DNA of 64,000 nt. Source: Heterodontus francisci (taxonomy: Eukaryota). Shown here piece by piece: positions 21,498 to 33,789 of the stretch. The stretch spans positions 98,576,116-98,640,115 of the forward strand of contig NC_090378.1 of NCBI RefSeq assembly GCF_036365525.1, read 5' to 3'. The position numbers and the translations under genes are program-made. The notes beneath the pieces were generated by a model. The model saw only the letters and a program-made list of their open reading frames with translations. It did no database searches and was not told the DNA's origin. Numbering within the stretch: the stretch's first letter is position 1; each line of letters opens with the position of its first letter.

Positions 21498-23692
21498 GTA
21501 GGAATATCGGAGCAGGAATGGGCCATTCAGCCCATCAAGCCTGCTCCATCATTCAATACGATCATGGCTGATCATCCACTTCAATGCCTTTTTCCCCCCC
21601 AAACTATTCCCATAGCCCCTTATGTCATTGGTATTTAGAAATCTGTCAATCTCTCCTTTAAACATACGCAATGACTGAGCTTCCACAGCCCTCTGGGGTA
21701 GAGAATTCCAAAGATTCACAACCCTCAGAGTAAAGAAATTTCTCCTCATCTCTGTCCTAAGTGGCTTCCCTCTTATTTTGAAATTGTGTTCCCTGGTTCT
21801 AGACTTCCCAACTAGGGGGAAACATCTTACCTGCATCTACCCTGGCTATCCCTTTAAGTACTTTGTAGGTTTCAATGAGATTACCTCTCATTCTTCGAAT
21901 CTCTAAAGAATACAGTCCCAGTTTCCCCAATCTCTTCAGAGGACAGTCCCAGAATCCCGTGAACAAGTCTGGTGAACCTTTGTTGCGCTCCCTCTATGGC
22001 AATAATATCCTTCCCAAGGTAAGGGGACCAAAACTGCACACAGTACTCCAGGTGCAGTCTAAACAAGGTTCTATACAACTGAAGCAAGACTATTACTCCT
22101 GTACACAAATCCTCTAATGATAAAGGCCAACATACCATTAGCCTTCCTAATTGCTTGCTGCACCTGCATGTTAGCTTTCAGTAACCTATTGACAAGGACA
22201 CCCAGGTCCCTTTGTACATCTACACTTTATAATCCCTTATCATTTAAGAAATACGCTGCACATATGTTCCTCCTACCAAAATGGATAACCTCACATTTCT
22301 CCACATTATATTACATCTGCCACATCCTTGCCCACTCACTAAGTTTGTCCAAATCCCCTTGAAGCCGTTTTGCATCTTCCTCACGACAGAGTCCCACCTA
22401 GCTTTGCGTCATCCACGAACTTGGAAATCCATTTGATACCCACATCCAAATCATTGATACATATTGTGAACAATTGGGGCCCAAGTACTGATCCTCGAAG
22501 TACCCCACTAGACAAACTGCCAACGCGAGTATGACCCGTTTATTCCGACTCTCTGCTTTCTGCCTGTTAACCAATCCTTAATCCATGCCAGTATATTACC
22601 TCCTATCCCATGTGCTGTCTCCCTCCCTTCTTAAATAGTGGGATGACATTTGCCATCTTCCAATCTGCAGGAACTGTTCCAGAATCTATGGAATTTTGGA
22701 AGATGATCACCGATGCATCCACTATCTCCATAGATATCTCTTTCAACACACTGGGATGTAGAATATCAGGTCCTGGGGACTTATCAGCCTTCAGCCCCAT
22801 TAATTTCTCCAATACAACCTCCTTACTCATACTTATTTCCTTCAATTCCTCATTCTCCCTAGTCCCTTGGATCTCTAATTCTGGGAGATTTCTTGCATCT
22901 TCCTCAAATGAAGACAGACAAAATCATTTAGCTTCTCTGCCATTTCTCTATTCCCTATTCAAAATTCTCCTGACTGCCTGTAATGGACCCACATTTGTCT
23001 TAGCCCAAACATTTCCTTTTTACGTACCTATAGAAGCCTTTATAGTCTGTTTTTACGTTTTTTGCTAGTTTACATTCATATTCTATTCTCCCTTTAATCA
23101 GTTTCTTCATCCTCTTTCGCTGTATTCGAAAATCCTCCCAATCCTCAGGTTTACTGCTATTTCTGGCAACTTTATAGGTTTTTTCTTTTAATCTTATACA
23201 ATCCTCAACTTACTTTGTTATCTATGGTTGATTGCATTTTTGGGGTTTGTGCCTTCAAGCAATGTAAAGTTGCTGTAAACTATGGAATAATCATTTGAAG
23301 ACTATCCATTGTCTATGCAGTGTCATACCTTTAAATGTATTTTCCCAATCTATCTTGGCCAATTTTCCCCCCATACCTTCATAATTTCCTTTGTTCAAAT
23401 TTAACACCGTGGCTTCAAATTAAACTACCTCACTTTCAAACATAACGTAAGATTTTAACATATTATGGTCACTTATCCCTAAAGATTCTTTTAGAAGAAG
23501 ATTATTAATTAGCCCTCTCATTACACAGTATTAGATCTAAAATAGCCTGTTCTCTAGTCGGATCCTGAATATACTGCTCCAGAAAAACCATCTCCAAAAT
23601 GCTCCAGAAACTCATCCTCTGCAGCATTAGTGCTCATTGGACTTACCCAGTCTATATGTAGATTGAAGACACTTATGATTACTGTATAACCA
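21498..23692 (-). mobile_element. Old CR1 LINE (EN-RT-3'UTR, degenerate)
   Basis: Minus-strand ORFs contain KSPGPD, WKMANVIPLFKKG, LEYCVQFWSP and FFTLRVVNLWNSLP. Confidence 0.87.
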
Positions 23693-23796
23693 ATGCTGCC
23701 TGGGTAATTACCCATGTTTTAGTAGTTTGTTAATTACTTTTTCCTCTTTCTATCCTAACAGTGAGTATTTTCTAGTGACATTAAGCAGCTTAGAGA

Positions 23797-26700
23797 AGTA
23801 ATCCAGATGCCTAGGCTAATGCTCTGGAGATATGGGTTCTAACCACACCACAGCAGAAGGTGGAATTTGAATTTAATTAATAAATCTGGAATTAAAAGCT
23901 AGTCTAATTGTGACCATGAAACCATTGTCGATTGCTGTAAAAATCCATCTGGTTCGCTAATGTCCTTTAGGGAAGGAAATCTGCCGTCGTTACCTGGTCT
24001 GGCCTACATGTGACTCCAGACCCACAGCAACGTGATTGACTCGTACATGCCCTCTGAAATGGCCTAGCAAGCCACTTAGTTGCATTAAACCGTTACAAAG
24101 TGTAAAAAAAGCAATGAAAAGACGGACCACCTGGCATTGGAAACGACAACGGCAAACCAGCCCTGTTGACGCTGCAAAGTACTCCTTATTAACATCTGGG
24201 GGCTTGTTCCAAAATTGGGAGACTTGTCCCACAGACTAGTCAAGCAATAGCTTGACAGTCATACTCACGGAATCATACCTTACAGACAATGTCCCTGACA
24301 CCATCACCATCCCTGGGCATGTCCTGTTCCACCGGCATAACTGACCCACCAGAGGTGGTGGCACAGTGGTATGCAGTCAGGAGGGAGTTGCCCTGGGAGT
24401 CCTCAACATTGACTCCGGACACCATGAAGTCTCTTGGCATCAGGTCAGGCCTTGGGCAGCTAAAGGCTGGTCAAGGTCCTCCCCTCATTTTCCTCTGCTC
24501 ATCCCTTGGTCATTTTTCAGGTGAAAAAACAGGCGGATGGCTGTTGAAAATCCCCCCACCTCTGCAGAGATCAAAAGGTTTTCAGTCTCAGGTTAATGAG
24601 GCTTAGGTGAAGAGAAGCTTTGATGTTATTCTAATTTTAAAAAAAAAACTTAGGTCCCAAATAATTTATCTTATCTTAAAGAGGCACACACATTTCCCAA
24701 ATTTCAAGAATGCCCTACAAAAGACCTGTGAAAAAAGTTGCAATCATGCAGATATTAGACAAACAATAATGGTTTCATGAAATTTTCAATAAACTATTAG
24801 CTTGAGGTTTAAAGTTTTCTTTTTCTGCGTGGTTGAAGATAGCAACCAAATATTTACAGTGTTGCACATAGGCAAAGAAATTTCCTGATTACCATCTACC
24901 ACCACTCCTTGGTTGATGACTCTGTGCTTCTCCATGTTAACCACCAATTGGAAGAAGCACGGAGGGTAGCAAAAGGGCACAGAATATACTCTGGGTGGGG
25001 AACTTCAATCTCCATCAAGAGTGGCTTGGTATCACCATTACCGACCGAGCCCTAAAAGGCCATAGTTGCTGGACTGGGACTGCAGCAGGTGGTAAGGGAA
25101 CAAGAGAGAAAAAACTACTTGACCTCATCCTCGCCAATCTACATGTTGCAGATGTATCTGTCCAGGACAGTATTGGTAGCAGTGACCACCACACAGTCCT
25201 TGTGGAGATGAAGTTCCATCTTCACACCATCGTGTTGTGTGGTACTACCATTGTGCTAAATAGGATAGATTTCGAATAGATCTAGCAACTCAAAACTGGG
25301 CATCCATGAGGTACTGTCGGCCATCAGCAGAATTGTATTCAAACACAATCACTAACCTCGGCTTGGCATATACCCCACTCTATTATCAAGCCATTGGACC
25401 AACCCTGGTTCAATGAAGAGTGCGAGAGGGCATGCCAGGAGCAGCCCAGCCAATCTAATTTCACTCCACGTGGTATCGGGAAATGGCTGAAGTCACTGGA
25501 TACTGCAAACAACATTCTGGCAATATTACTGAAGACTTGCACTCCAGAACTAGCGCGCCCCCAGCCAAGCTGTTCCAGTACAGCTACACAAATGGCATCT
25601 ACCCAGCAATGTGAGCAGGATAAATCCAACCCAGCCAATTATTGTCTGATCAGTCTACGCCCCATCAGCAAAGAGATGGAAGGATTGTCCACAGTGCTAC
25701 CGAGCAGCACTTGCTCACTGACTTATTTTGGGTTCCGTCAGCTCCTGACCTCATTACAGCCTTTGTCCAAACATGGACAAAAAAAAAAAAGAGCTGAACT
25801 GCAGAGGCGAAGCTAGAGTGACTGCCCTTGACATCAAGGCAGCATTTGTCCAAATGTGGCATCAAGGAGCCCTAGCAAAACTGGAGGAGTCAATGGGAAT
25901 CAGGGAGAAAACTCTGCTGGTTGGAGTCATACCTAGCATAAAAGGAGGAGGTAAATCATCTCAGTCCCAGGACATTACTGCAGGAGTTCCTCAGGATAGT
26001 GTCCTAGGCCCACCTATCTTCAGCCGCTTCAACAATGACCTTCCCTCCATAAGGCCAGAAGTGGGGATGTTTGCTGATAAGTGCGCAAGGTTCAGCACCA
26101 TATGCGACTCCTCAGATACTGCAGCAGCTCGTTTCTGGGTGCAGCAAGACCTGGACAACATCCAGCCTTGGGTTGATAAGTGGCAAGTAACATTCATGCC
26201 ACAAAAGTGCCAGGCAATGACCATCTCAAACAAGAGAGAATCTAACCATCTCCCCTTGATGTTCAACGGCATTACCATTGCTGAATCCCCCATCATCATA
26301 GTGGTCACCATTGACCAGAAACAGAACTGGACCTGCCACATAAATACTGTGGCTACAAGAGCAGATTAGAGACTAGGAATTATGCAACTGTCCACCAGTC
26401 AGGAGTGTGATAGAATTCTCAACACTTGCTTGGATGGGCGCAGCTCCAACACAAGTAGCTCAACACTATCCAGGACAAAACAGCCCACTGATTGGCACCC
26501 CATTCACCAACTTCAATATCCACTACTGATGCACAGTGGCAGAGGCACCATCTACAAGATGCACTGCACCAAGAGTCCTTAGACAGCACCTTCCAAACCC
26601 ACAACCTCTACCACTTGAAGGAAAAAGGGCAGCAGATGTATGGTAACACCACCCACCTGCAAGTTCCACTCCAAGCCACACACCATCCTGACTTGGAACT

Positions 26701-26900
26701 ATAATCGCTGTTCCTTCACTGTTGCTGGCTCAAAATCCTGGAACTCCCTTCCTAACAGCACTGTGGGTGCACTACATGGACTGCAGCAGTTCAAGAAGGC
26801 AGGTGACCCCCACCTTCAAGGGCAATGAAGGATGGGTAATAAATGCTGGCATAGCCAGAGATGCCCACATCCCATGAACAATTGATTTGAAAAAAAAAAA
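23797..26900 (+). mobile_element. CR1/L2-group LINE with tRNA/SINE-like head and no ORF1 (degenerate; insert at about 24459-24870)
   Basis: B-box-like GGTTCTAACC at 23835-23844. EN start NIWGL.PKLG..LVKQ..VILTESYL near 24190, GNFN, SDH, then RT ALDIKAAF, GVPQDSVLGP, MFADK. Tail aagggcaatgaaggatgggtaataaatgctggc..(A)n. Confidence 0.8.
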
Positions 26901-27076
26901 ATCCTCCAGTGAAGTATCCATTTCTGTATCTTGTTCAGTTAAATTTGGGGCCATATTTCTGCCATTTCTCTTGTCCATGAGAGCTTTTCTTGCTCATCCT
27001 TTTATGGACTTATCTTTAATTTCATTTTCCTTTGGTTATTTATGTGTCTATAGAGCCCATTTTTTCATGTTCCTTG

Positions 27077-27957
27077 TGTCATGCAGGCCCCCACCTGCCA
27101 AGAATGAGGTATATTAAATTTTGCCACACGAACATTGATTTTTAAACTGTTACTGGAGTAAAGAACTTTTTTTTTTTAAAAAAGCACCAGACCCTTGACT
27201 GGAAACACATTTGCATATTTAGACAGTGCTTAAAAAAGGGACAAAAGACCATGCCCTGACACATTCAATCCACAATGGACTTTTGATGATCAGACTTTGA
27301 GGGTGGAGGAGCTCGCATTGCAGGTTGATTGCTAAGATGGCCGAAAACACAAACACATGGACAGACCAGTTTAGTCTGACGACTAACTGGCAGTTGGAGG
27401 TTTTCATTTAAACTTGCCACAGAATTTGAACTCCGAAAGCTGTTTGCTCCTGGGATGAAAAAAAAAGTGTCTTTCCTGTCTGCTCTCATCTCTCACCAGC
27501 TTTGGAATCCATTGAAGACATATGAACCCCAAGAGAGAAAAGTCTCAGACAGTGAACAAGGTTTAAGAATACTGGGCTCCAATGAAAAGCAAGATATACC
27601 CACAAGCAAGAACTACAGCGAGTTTGAAGCATAACAAAACTCCTCTTCAGAGATTGCCTCAAACTTATTTTTCTTCTGCTCTTTTATGTCTCTATTTGCA
27701 TGTGCATTTCACGTACGCATGCTAGTGTATCCGTAGGTGTTAACCAAATTAGAGTTCAAGTTTTAATAAGTTTCACTTATCTTCTTTAAACCCAAGAAAG
27801 CCCGTTTGTGCTCATTTCTTTGCCTTTTAATTGGAAAGTGGTGAACAAGGATTCACCAAGGGGGAGCTAAAACGTGTTTAAAACAAAACCCTATTACAAT
27901 AAGACAAGGTGAAGGCTGAAATAGAACCCTAGACCTCTATCTCATCTGGTCATAACA
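27077..27957 (+). mobile_element. Solo LTR (TG..CA ends, 4-bp TSD)
   Basis: TGTCATGCAGG...GGTCATAACA, flanks cttg/cttc; homologous to 45321-46092 and 53431-54001. Confidence 0.8.
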
Positions 27958-28156
27958 CTTCATAGAGTTCTCGGTTTCTGTGATTTTCTTATGAAAACTT
28001 CTCTCGAGTTCTTCATTTTTCCTTTCATCCTCCTCTCCTTTCGTATGCAAGGACTTAGGACGTCTTTTTCTTTAGATCCAATTTTCTCTTATTCTTTATT
28101 CATCCAAGGCCCCATTGCCTTGCTTATTTTTAGCTTTTGAAAGTGTAATCTAAACC

Positions 28157-31100
28157 AGGGAAAGGGTTGGCCCAGTCAAGGACAGAGGAGGGAATCTATG
28201 TGTGGAGCCAGAGGAAATGGGCGAGGTACTAAATGAGTACTTTGCATTAGTATTCACCAAAGAAAAGGACTTGGTGGATGTTGAGTCTCGGAAAGGGAGC
28301 GTAGATAGTCTCGGCCATGTCGTTATCAAAAAAGGAGGTGGTGTTGGGGGTCTTGCAAAGCATTAAGGTAGATAAGTCCCCAGGGCCTGATGGGATCTAC
28401 CCCAGAATACTGAGGAAGGCAAGAGAAGAAATTGCTGGGGCCTTGACAGAAATCTTTGCATCTTCATTGGCTACAGGCGAGGTCCCAGAGTACTGGAGAA
28501 TAATTAGAATTAGAACATTACAGCGCAGTACAGGCCCTTCGGCCCTCGCTGTTGCGCCGACCTGTGAAACCATCTGACCTACACTATTCCATTTTCATCC
28601 ATATGTCTATCCAATGACCACTTAAATGCCCTTCAAGTTGGCGAGTCTACTACTGTTGCAGGCAGGGCGTTCCACGCCCCTACTACTGAGTAAAGAAACT
28701 ACCTCTGACATCTGTCCTATATCTATCACCCCTCAACTTAAAGCTATGTCCCCTCGTGTTTGCCATCACCATCCGAGGAAAAAGACTCTCACTATCCACC
28801 CTATCTAACCCTCTGATTATCTTATATGTCTCTATTAAGTCACCTCTCCTCCTCCTTCTCTCCAACGAAAACAACCTCAAGTCCCTCAGCCTTTCCTCGC
28901 AAGACCTTCCCTCCATACCAGGCAACATCCTAGTAAATCTCCTCTGCACCCTTTCCATAGCTTCCACATCCTTCCTATAATGCGGTGACCAGAACTGCAC
29001 GCAATACTCCAGGTGCGGTCTCACCAGAGTTTTGTACAGCTGCAGCACGACCTCGTGGCTCCGAAACTCGATCCCCCTACTAATAAAAGCTAACACACCA
29101 TATGCCTTCTTAACAGCCCTATTAACCTGGGTAGCAACCTTCAGGGATTTATGCACCTGGACACCAAGATCTCTCTGCTCATCTACACTACCAAGAATCT
29201 TCCCATTAGCCCAGTACTCTGCATTCCTATTACTCCTTCCAAAGTGAATCACCTCGCACTTTTCCGCATTAAACTCCATTTGCCATCTCTCAGCCCAGCT
29301 CTGCAGCCTATCTATGTCCCTCTGTACCCTACAACATCCTTCAGCACCATCCACAACTCCACCGACCTTGGTGTCATCCGCAAATTTACTAACCCACCCT
29401 TCTACACCCTCTTCCAGGTCATTTAGAAAAATGACAAACAGCAGTGGCCCCAAAACAGATCCTTGCAGTACAGCACTAGTAACTAAACTCCAGGATGAAC
29501 ATTTGTCATCAACCACCACCCTCTGTCTTCTTTCAGCTAGCCAATTTCTGATCCAAAGCTCTAAATCACCTTCAACCCCATACTTCCGTATTTTCTGCAA
29601 TAGCCTACCATGGGGAACCTTATCAAACGCCTTACTGAAATCCATATACACCACATCCACTGCTTTACCCTCATCCACCTGTTTGGTCACCTTCTCGAAA
29701 AACTCAATAAGGTTTGTGAGGCACGACCTACTCTTCACAAAACCGTGCTGACTATCGCTAATGAACTTATTCTTTTCAAGATGATTATAAGTCCTGTATA
29801 AATAATCAATGTTGTTCCTTTGTTTAAGAAGGGTAGCAAGGATAATCCAGGAAATTATAGGCTGTGAGCCTCAAGTCAGTCAGTGGTAGAGAAATTGGAC
29901 AGAATTTACTCCCATTTGGAAACAAACAAACTTATTAGCGAGAGGCAGCATGGTTTTGTGAAGGGGAGGTCATGGCTCACTAACTTGATTGAGTTTTTTG
30001 AGGAAGTGACAAAGATGATTGATGAAGGAAGGGCAGTGGATGTTTTCTATATGGACTTTAGTAAAACCTTTGACAAGGTCCCTCATGGCAGACTGGTACA
30101 AAAAGGTGAAGTCACACGGGATCAGAGGTGAGCTGGCAAGATGGATACAGAACTGGCTTGGTCATGGAAGACAGAGGGTAGCAGCGGAAGGGTGCTTTTC
30201 TGAATGGAGGGCTGTGACTAGTGGTGCTCTGCAGGGATCAGTGCTGGGACCTTTGCTGTTTGTAGTATATATAAATGATTTGGAGGAAAATGTAGCTGGT
30301 CTGATTAGTAAGTTTGCGGACGACACAAAGGTTGGTAGAGTTGCGGACAGTGATGAGGATTGTCAGAAGATACAGCAGGATATAGATCGGTTGGAGACCT
30401 GGGTGGAGAAATAGCAGATGGAATTTAATCCGAACAAATGTGAGGCAATGAATTTTGGAAGGTCTAATGCAGGTGGGACGTATATAGTAAATGGCAGAAC
30501 CCTTAAGAGTATTGACAGGCAGAGAGATCTGGGCGTACAGGTCCACAGGTCACTGAAAGTGGCAACGCAGGTGGATAAGGTAGTCAAGAAGGCATATGGC
30601 ATGCTTGCCTTCATCAGTCGGGGCATAGAGTATAAAAATTGGCAAGTCATGCTGCAGCTGTACAGAACTTTAGTTAGGCCACACTTAGAATATTGCATGC
30701 AATTCTGGTTGCCACACTACCAGAAGGACGTGGAGGCTTTGAAGAGGGTACAGAAGAGGTTTACCAGGATGTTGCCTAGTCTGGAGGGCATTAGCTATGA
30801 GGAGAGGTTGGATAAACTCTATTTTTACTGGAACAATGGAGGTGGAGGGACAACACGATAGAGGTTTACAAAGTTATAAGTGGCATGGACAGAGTGGATA
30901 GTCAGAAGCTTTTTCCCAGGGTGGAAGAGTCAGTTACTAGGGGACATAGGTTTAAGGTGCGAGGGGCAAAGTTTACAGGGGATGTGCGAGGCAAGTTCTT
31001 TACATAGAGGGTGGAGAGTGCCTGGAACTTGCTGCCGGGGGAGGTGGTGGAAGCAGGTACGATAGCGACATTTAAGAGGCATCCTGACAAATACATAAAT

Positions 31101-31224
31101 AGGATGGGAAGAGAGGGATACAGTTCCCGGAAGTGCATAAGGCTTTAGTTTAGGCAGGCATGAAGATCGGTGCAGGCTTGGAAGGCCGAATGGCCTGTTC
31201 CTGTGCTGTACTGTTCTTTGTTCT
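28157..31224 (+). mobile_element. 5'-truncated CR1 ((TTCTTTG)n family) split by an antisense CR1
   Basis: KSPGPDG..GEVPEYWR resumes at 29801 and continues through QHGF, FADD and the 3'UTR. Confidence 0.9.
28505..29800 (-). mobile_element. Young 5'-truncated CR1 with (TTCTAA)n tail, nested antisense
   Basis: 351-aa RT ORF 28683-29738; AATAAT TSD at 28499-28504 and 29801-29806. Confidence 0.92.
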
Positions 31225-32061
31225 GTGAATCCATTTCTCAAACTTTATTGATTATCCTTGCAAAAGATTGTCTACTCTTTTCTGCCTTGGATTTCAAGCG
31301 GTGCTCCCCAGTTTACCTTTCGTTTCACTCTCATTTCCACTTAATTTGTTTTTTTACAATTATTTATGCTACTCTTGATCTTATTCTAGAACCTTACTGC
31401 GTTGCGATCACTACTAAGATGCTCTCCTATTCTTACTTCTTACCTTTTCCGGTTCATTATCCATTACTTGTTGGATTTCTTAAGTACAATGTTGGGAAAA
31501 GTGTCTTGTGTACACCAAACTCAATCCCCTTTTCTCTTCACTACATTTTCCTGTCAGATTATTTTGGGGACAGCTGAAATCTCCCATGATTATTTTAACT
31601 TGCTACCACCTCAGAGTCACCTACATATTTCTTGCTCCAATTCAGATGATGGATGCTTCTGATCTCAACTCAATCCATATGTCTCACAGCGAGTTACATC
31701 CTTTGTTTTCTACTTCAATTATGTCATATGTAACTAAGATAGCTAGTTCACCTTTTTCCTTCTTAAGTGTGTTGCTCCTCAGCAATATTCAGTTGTCCAT
31801 CCTGTTCTCTATGTAGCCACGTTTCAGTCATCCCACAAAATCCAGATCCTCTGCAAATTGCCTACAGCTGTCCATTTTATTTTGAATACTATGTATACTG
31901 CTATACTAACAGTTTAAATGGTTTCCATTTAAAAACAGAGGAATAAGAGTCATTTAACCTTTATGCCCTCTTGACTATCTGATATCTTGTGTCTGGGCTG
32001 ATCGTGTTATCCTTCCTTCCATCTGTCCTTTACTCTCAATTCCCTATTCTACAATCACTAG

Positions 32062-32671
32062 GGGCTGGATTTCACTCCCCATTACAAAGTGGTTATTTTG
32101 GCAGGGCATTGGTGGGGGGGGGGGGGGGGTGCGGCGGCACTGGAGAGTCAGCACAGATTTGTCCACCCCTAAACCCAATGACGTAGAGCTAGTTTCCAAT
32201 TTGCTCAGAGGAAGCGATGATCCATGGCAGCACCTCCACCGCGACAGAATTGTAATTTAAATCTGTTACATACTGTTTGACGTGAACTTGTACTTAATTT
32301 GTCACAATCTGATGCTTGCATTGTGGCACTCATGTGCCTACACTTTCCCACCTTCGAAAAGCTGGCGCTAAATAGGAGGGAACTCTGCAGGTAGATACTA
32401 TTGTATGGGGAGGGAAAAAAAAAGAAAAAAAAAGTGGGGGTGGTTGGTGAAAAAGGAGGGAACTTTGCAATCCAACATCAGTAGACACTGTTAACAGCGT
32501 CACCAATGCCACTCTTGCCAAGTGATTTGGGGGCGAGAGGGGAGAAAGGACAATGGCCGCTGTCATCTGCCCACCGCATAAATCACAGCAGTGCAGCCAC
32601 CAACCTCACTGGTGGGACTGCTGTCAATTTGCACATCTGCCACCACTCAGCAGCAGGATAAAATCCAGCCC
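32062..32671. mobile_element. MITE / non-autonomous DNA transposon (PIF/Harbinger-like)
   Basis: TIRs GGGCTGGATTT...AAATCCAGCCC flanked by a 3-bp TAG duplication (32059-32061 / 32672-32674). Confidence 0.7.
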
Positions 32672-32690
32672 TAGGTTTCTTTAGTGATAT

Positions 32691-32745
32691 GGTGGGGGGG
32701 GGGGGGGGGGGGGGGGGAAAAGGAGGAGGAGGTGGTGGTGGGGGG
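32691..32745. repeat. Poly-G / GGA-GGT low-complexity tract
   Basis: About 23 consecutive G followed by (GGA)n(GGT)n. Confidence 0.85.
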
Positions 32746-33379
32746 TGAAGAGGGAAGGAACTGCTGGAAATTAAAGTTTTATTTACAGCCCTAGTCCTTT
32801 CCACAAGCACCTGGTCCCAGCCCATCCCACTGGTACAGTTCCTTCCTGTCCTACCACTGGTTCCAGCGCCCTATGAAATGAAACCAGTCCTTCCCACACC
32901 ACTCCTTTACCCACATGTTGACTTTCCTAATTCGATTTGTCCCTATGCCAATTTGCATGTGGCGCCGGTAATGATCAAGATTACTACCTGTGAGATCCTA
33001 CTTTTCAACTTAGCTGCTAACTCCTGATGCACCCTTAGCAGGACCTCTTCCCTGATCTTTCCCATGTCATCTGCTCCATGTTGGAACAAAACAACTGGAC
33101 GTCCCCTCCCTTTTTAAATTTGTTTCAGCTGTTAGGTCTCTTATTGTGGTTTCTGGCACCAGTTAAGCAACACACCCTTTGGGACACTCAATCCTGACTG
33201 CAACGAATACACAGTCTAGGCCCCTAATTATAGAATCCCCTATAACTACAACCTTTCTACTCTCCATTTCCTCCCCTTGGACTGCTGAGATAATTATTGG
33301 ATAGTTATTATGCGCAGTTAACGTTCAGCCAGAACTTCACTCCAACTAAGCATTTGCAAGATCGAAGCCATCTTGTTTA

Positions 33380-33770
33380 GTTTTCAATTCAGTGTTCTCC
33401 CCATCGCTCCAATTCAGACACTCTGCCAGCACGGGCTAAATCCAACCTTGGTATCCTGCTCAACCTCGAGTTGAGCTTCAAACTCCACATTTAGATCATC
33501 ACCAATTCAGTCCATTGCCTTCTCAGACTTAATCACCCACTTCTGTCCCTACCTTCCTTCAACACCACTGAAATACACATGCTTCTTTGAAATAGCCCAG
33601 GTTTACATCTCCTACAGTCTGCTAGCTGGTCTCCTGAAAGGCACCTCAAACTCCGATCACTCAGCGCTACTTACTAGCCACATTCTATCCCACTTAATGT
33701 CACCAACCTCCACTGGATTTCTGTATACCAAACGCATTATTTACAGAACCATTTGAAACTCTTCCATCCT
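33380..33770 (+). mobile_element. Highly degenerate L2-like RT 3' fragment
   Basis: aaccttggtatcctg..ttgagcttcaaactccacatt..ctccactgg resembles L2 3' ORF sequence. Confidence 0.4.
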
Positions 33771-33789
33771 CATGTCCCAGCTCTAATGC

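Noticed and set aside
23695-23770. X-box-like GCTGCCTGGGTAAT plus CA|GTGAGT donor as APOBEC4 exon 1
   Set aside because: A roughly 100-bp sliver between two retroelements with weak motif matches; cannot be supported without transcript data.
32583-32825. Poly-proline ORF
   Set aside because: Translation of the poly-G tract; low complexity.
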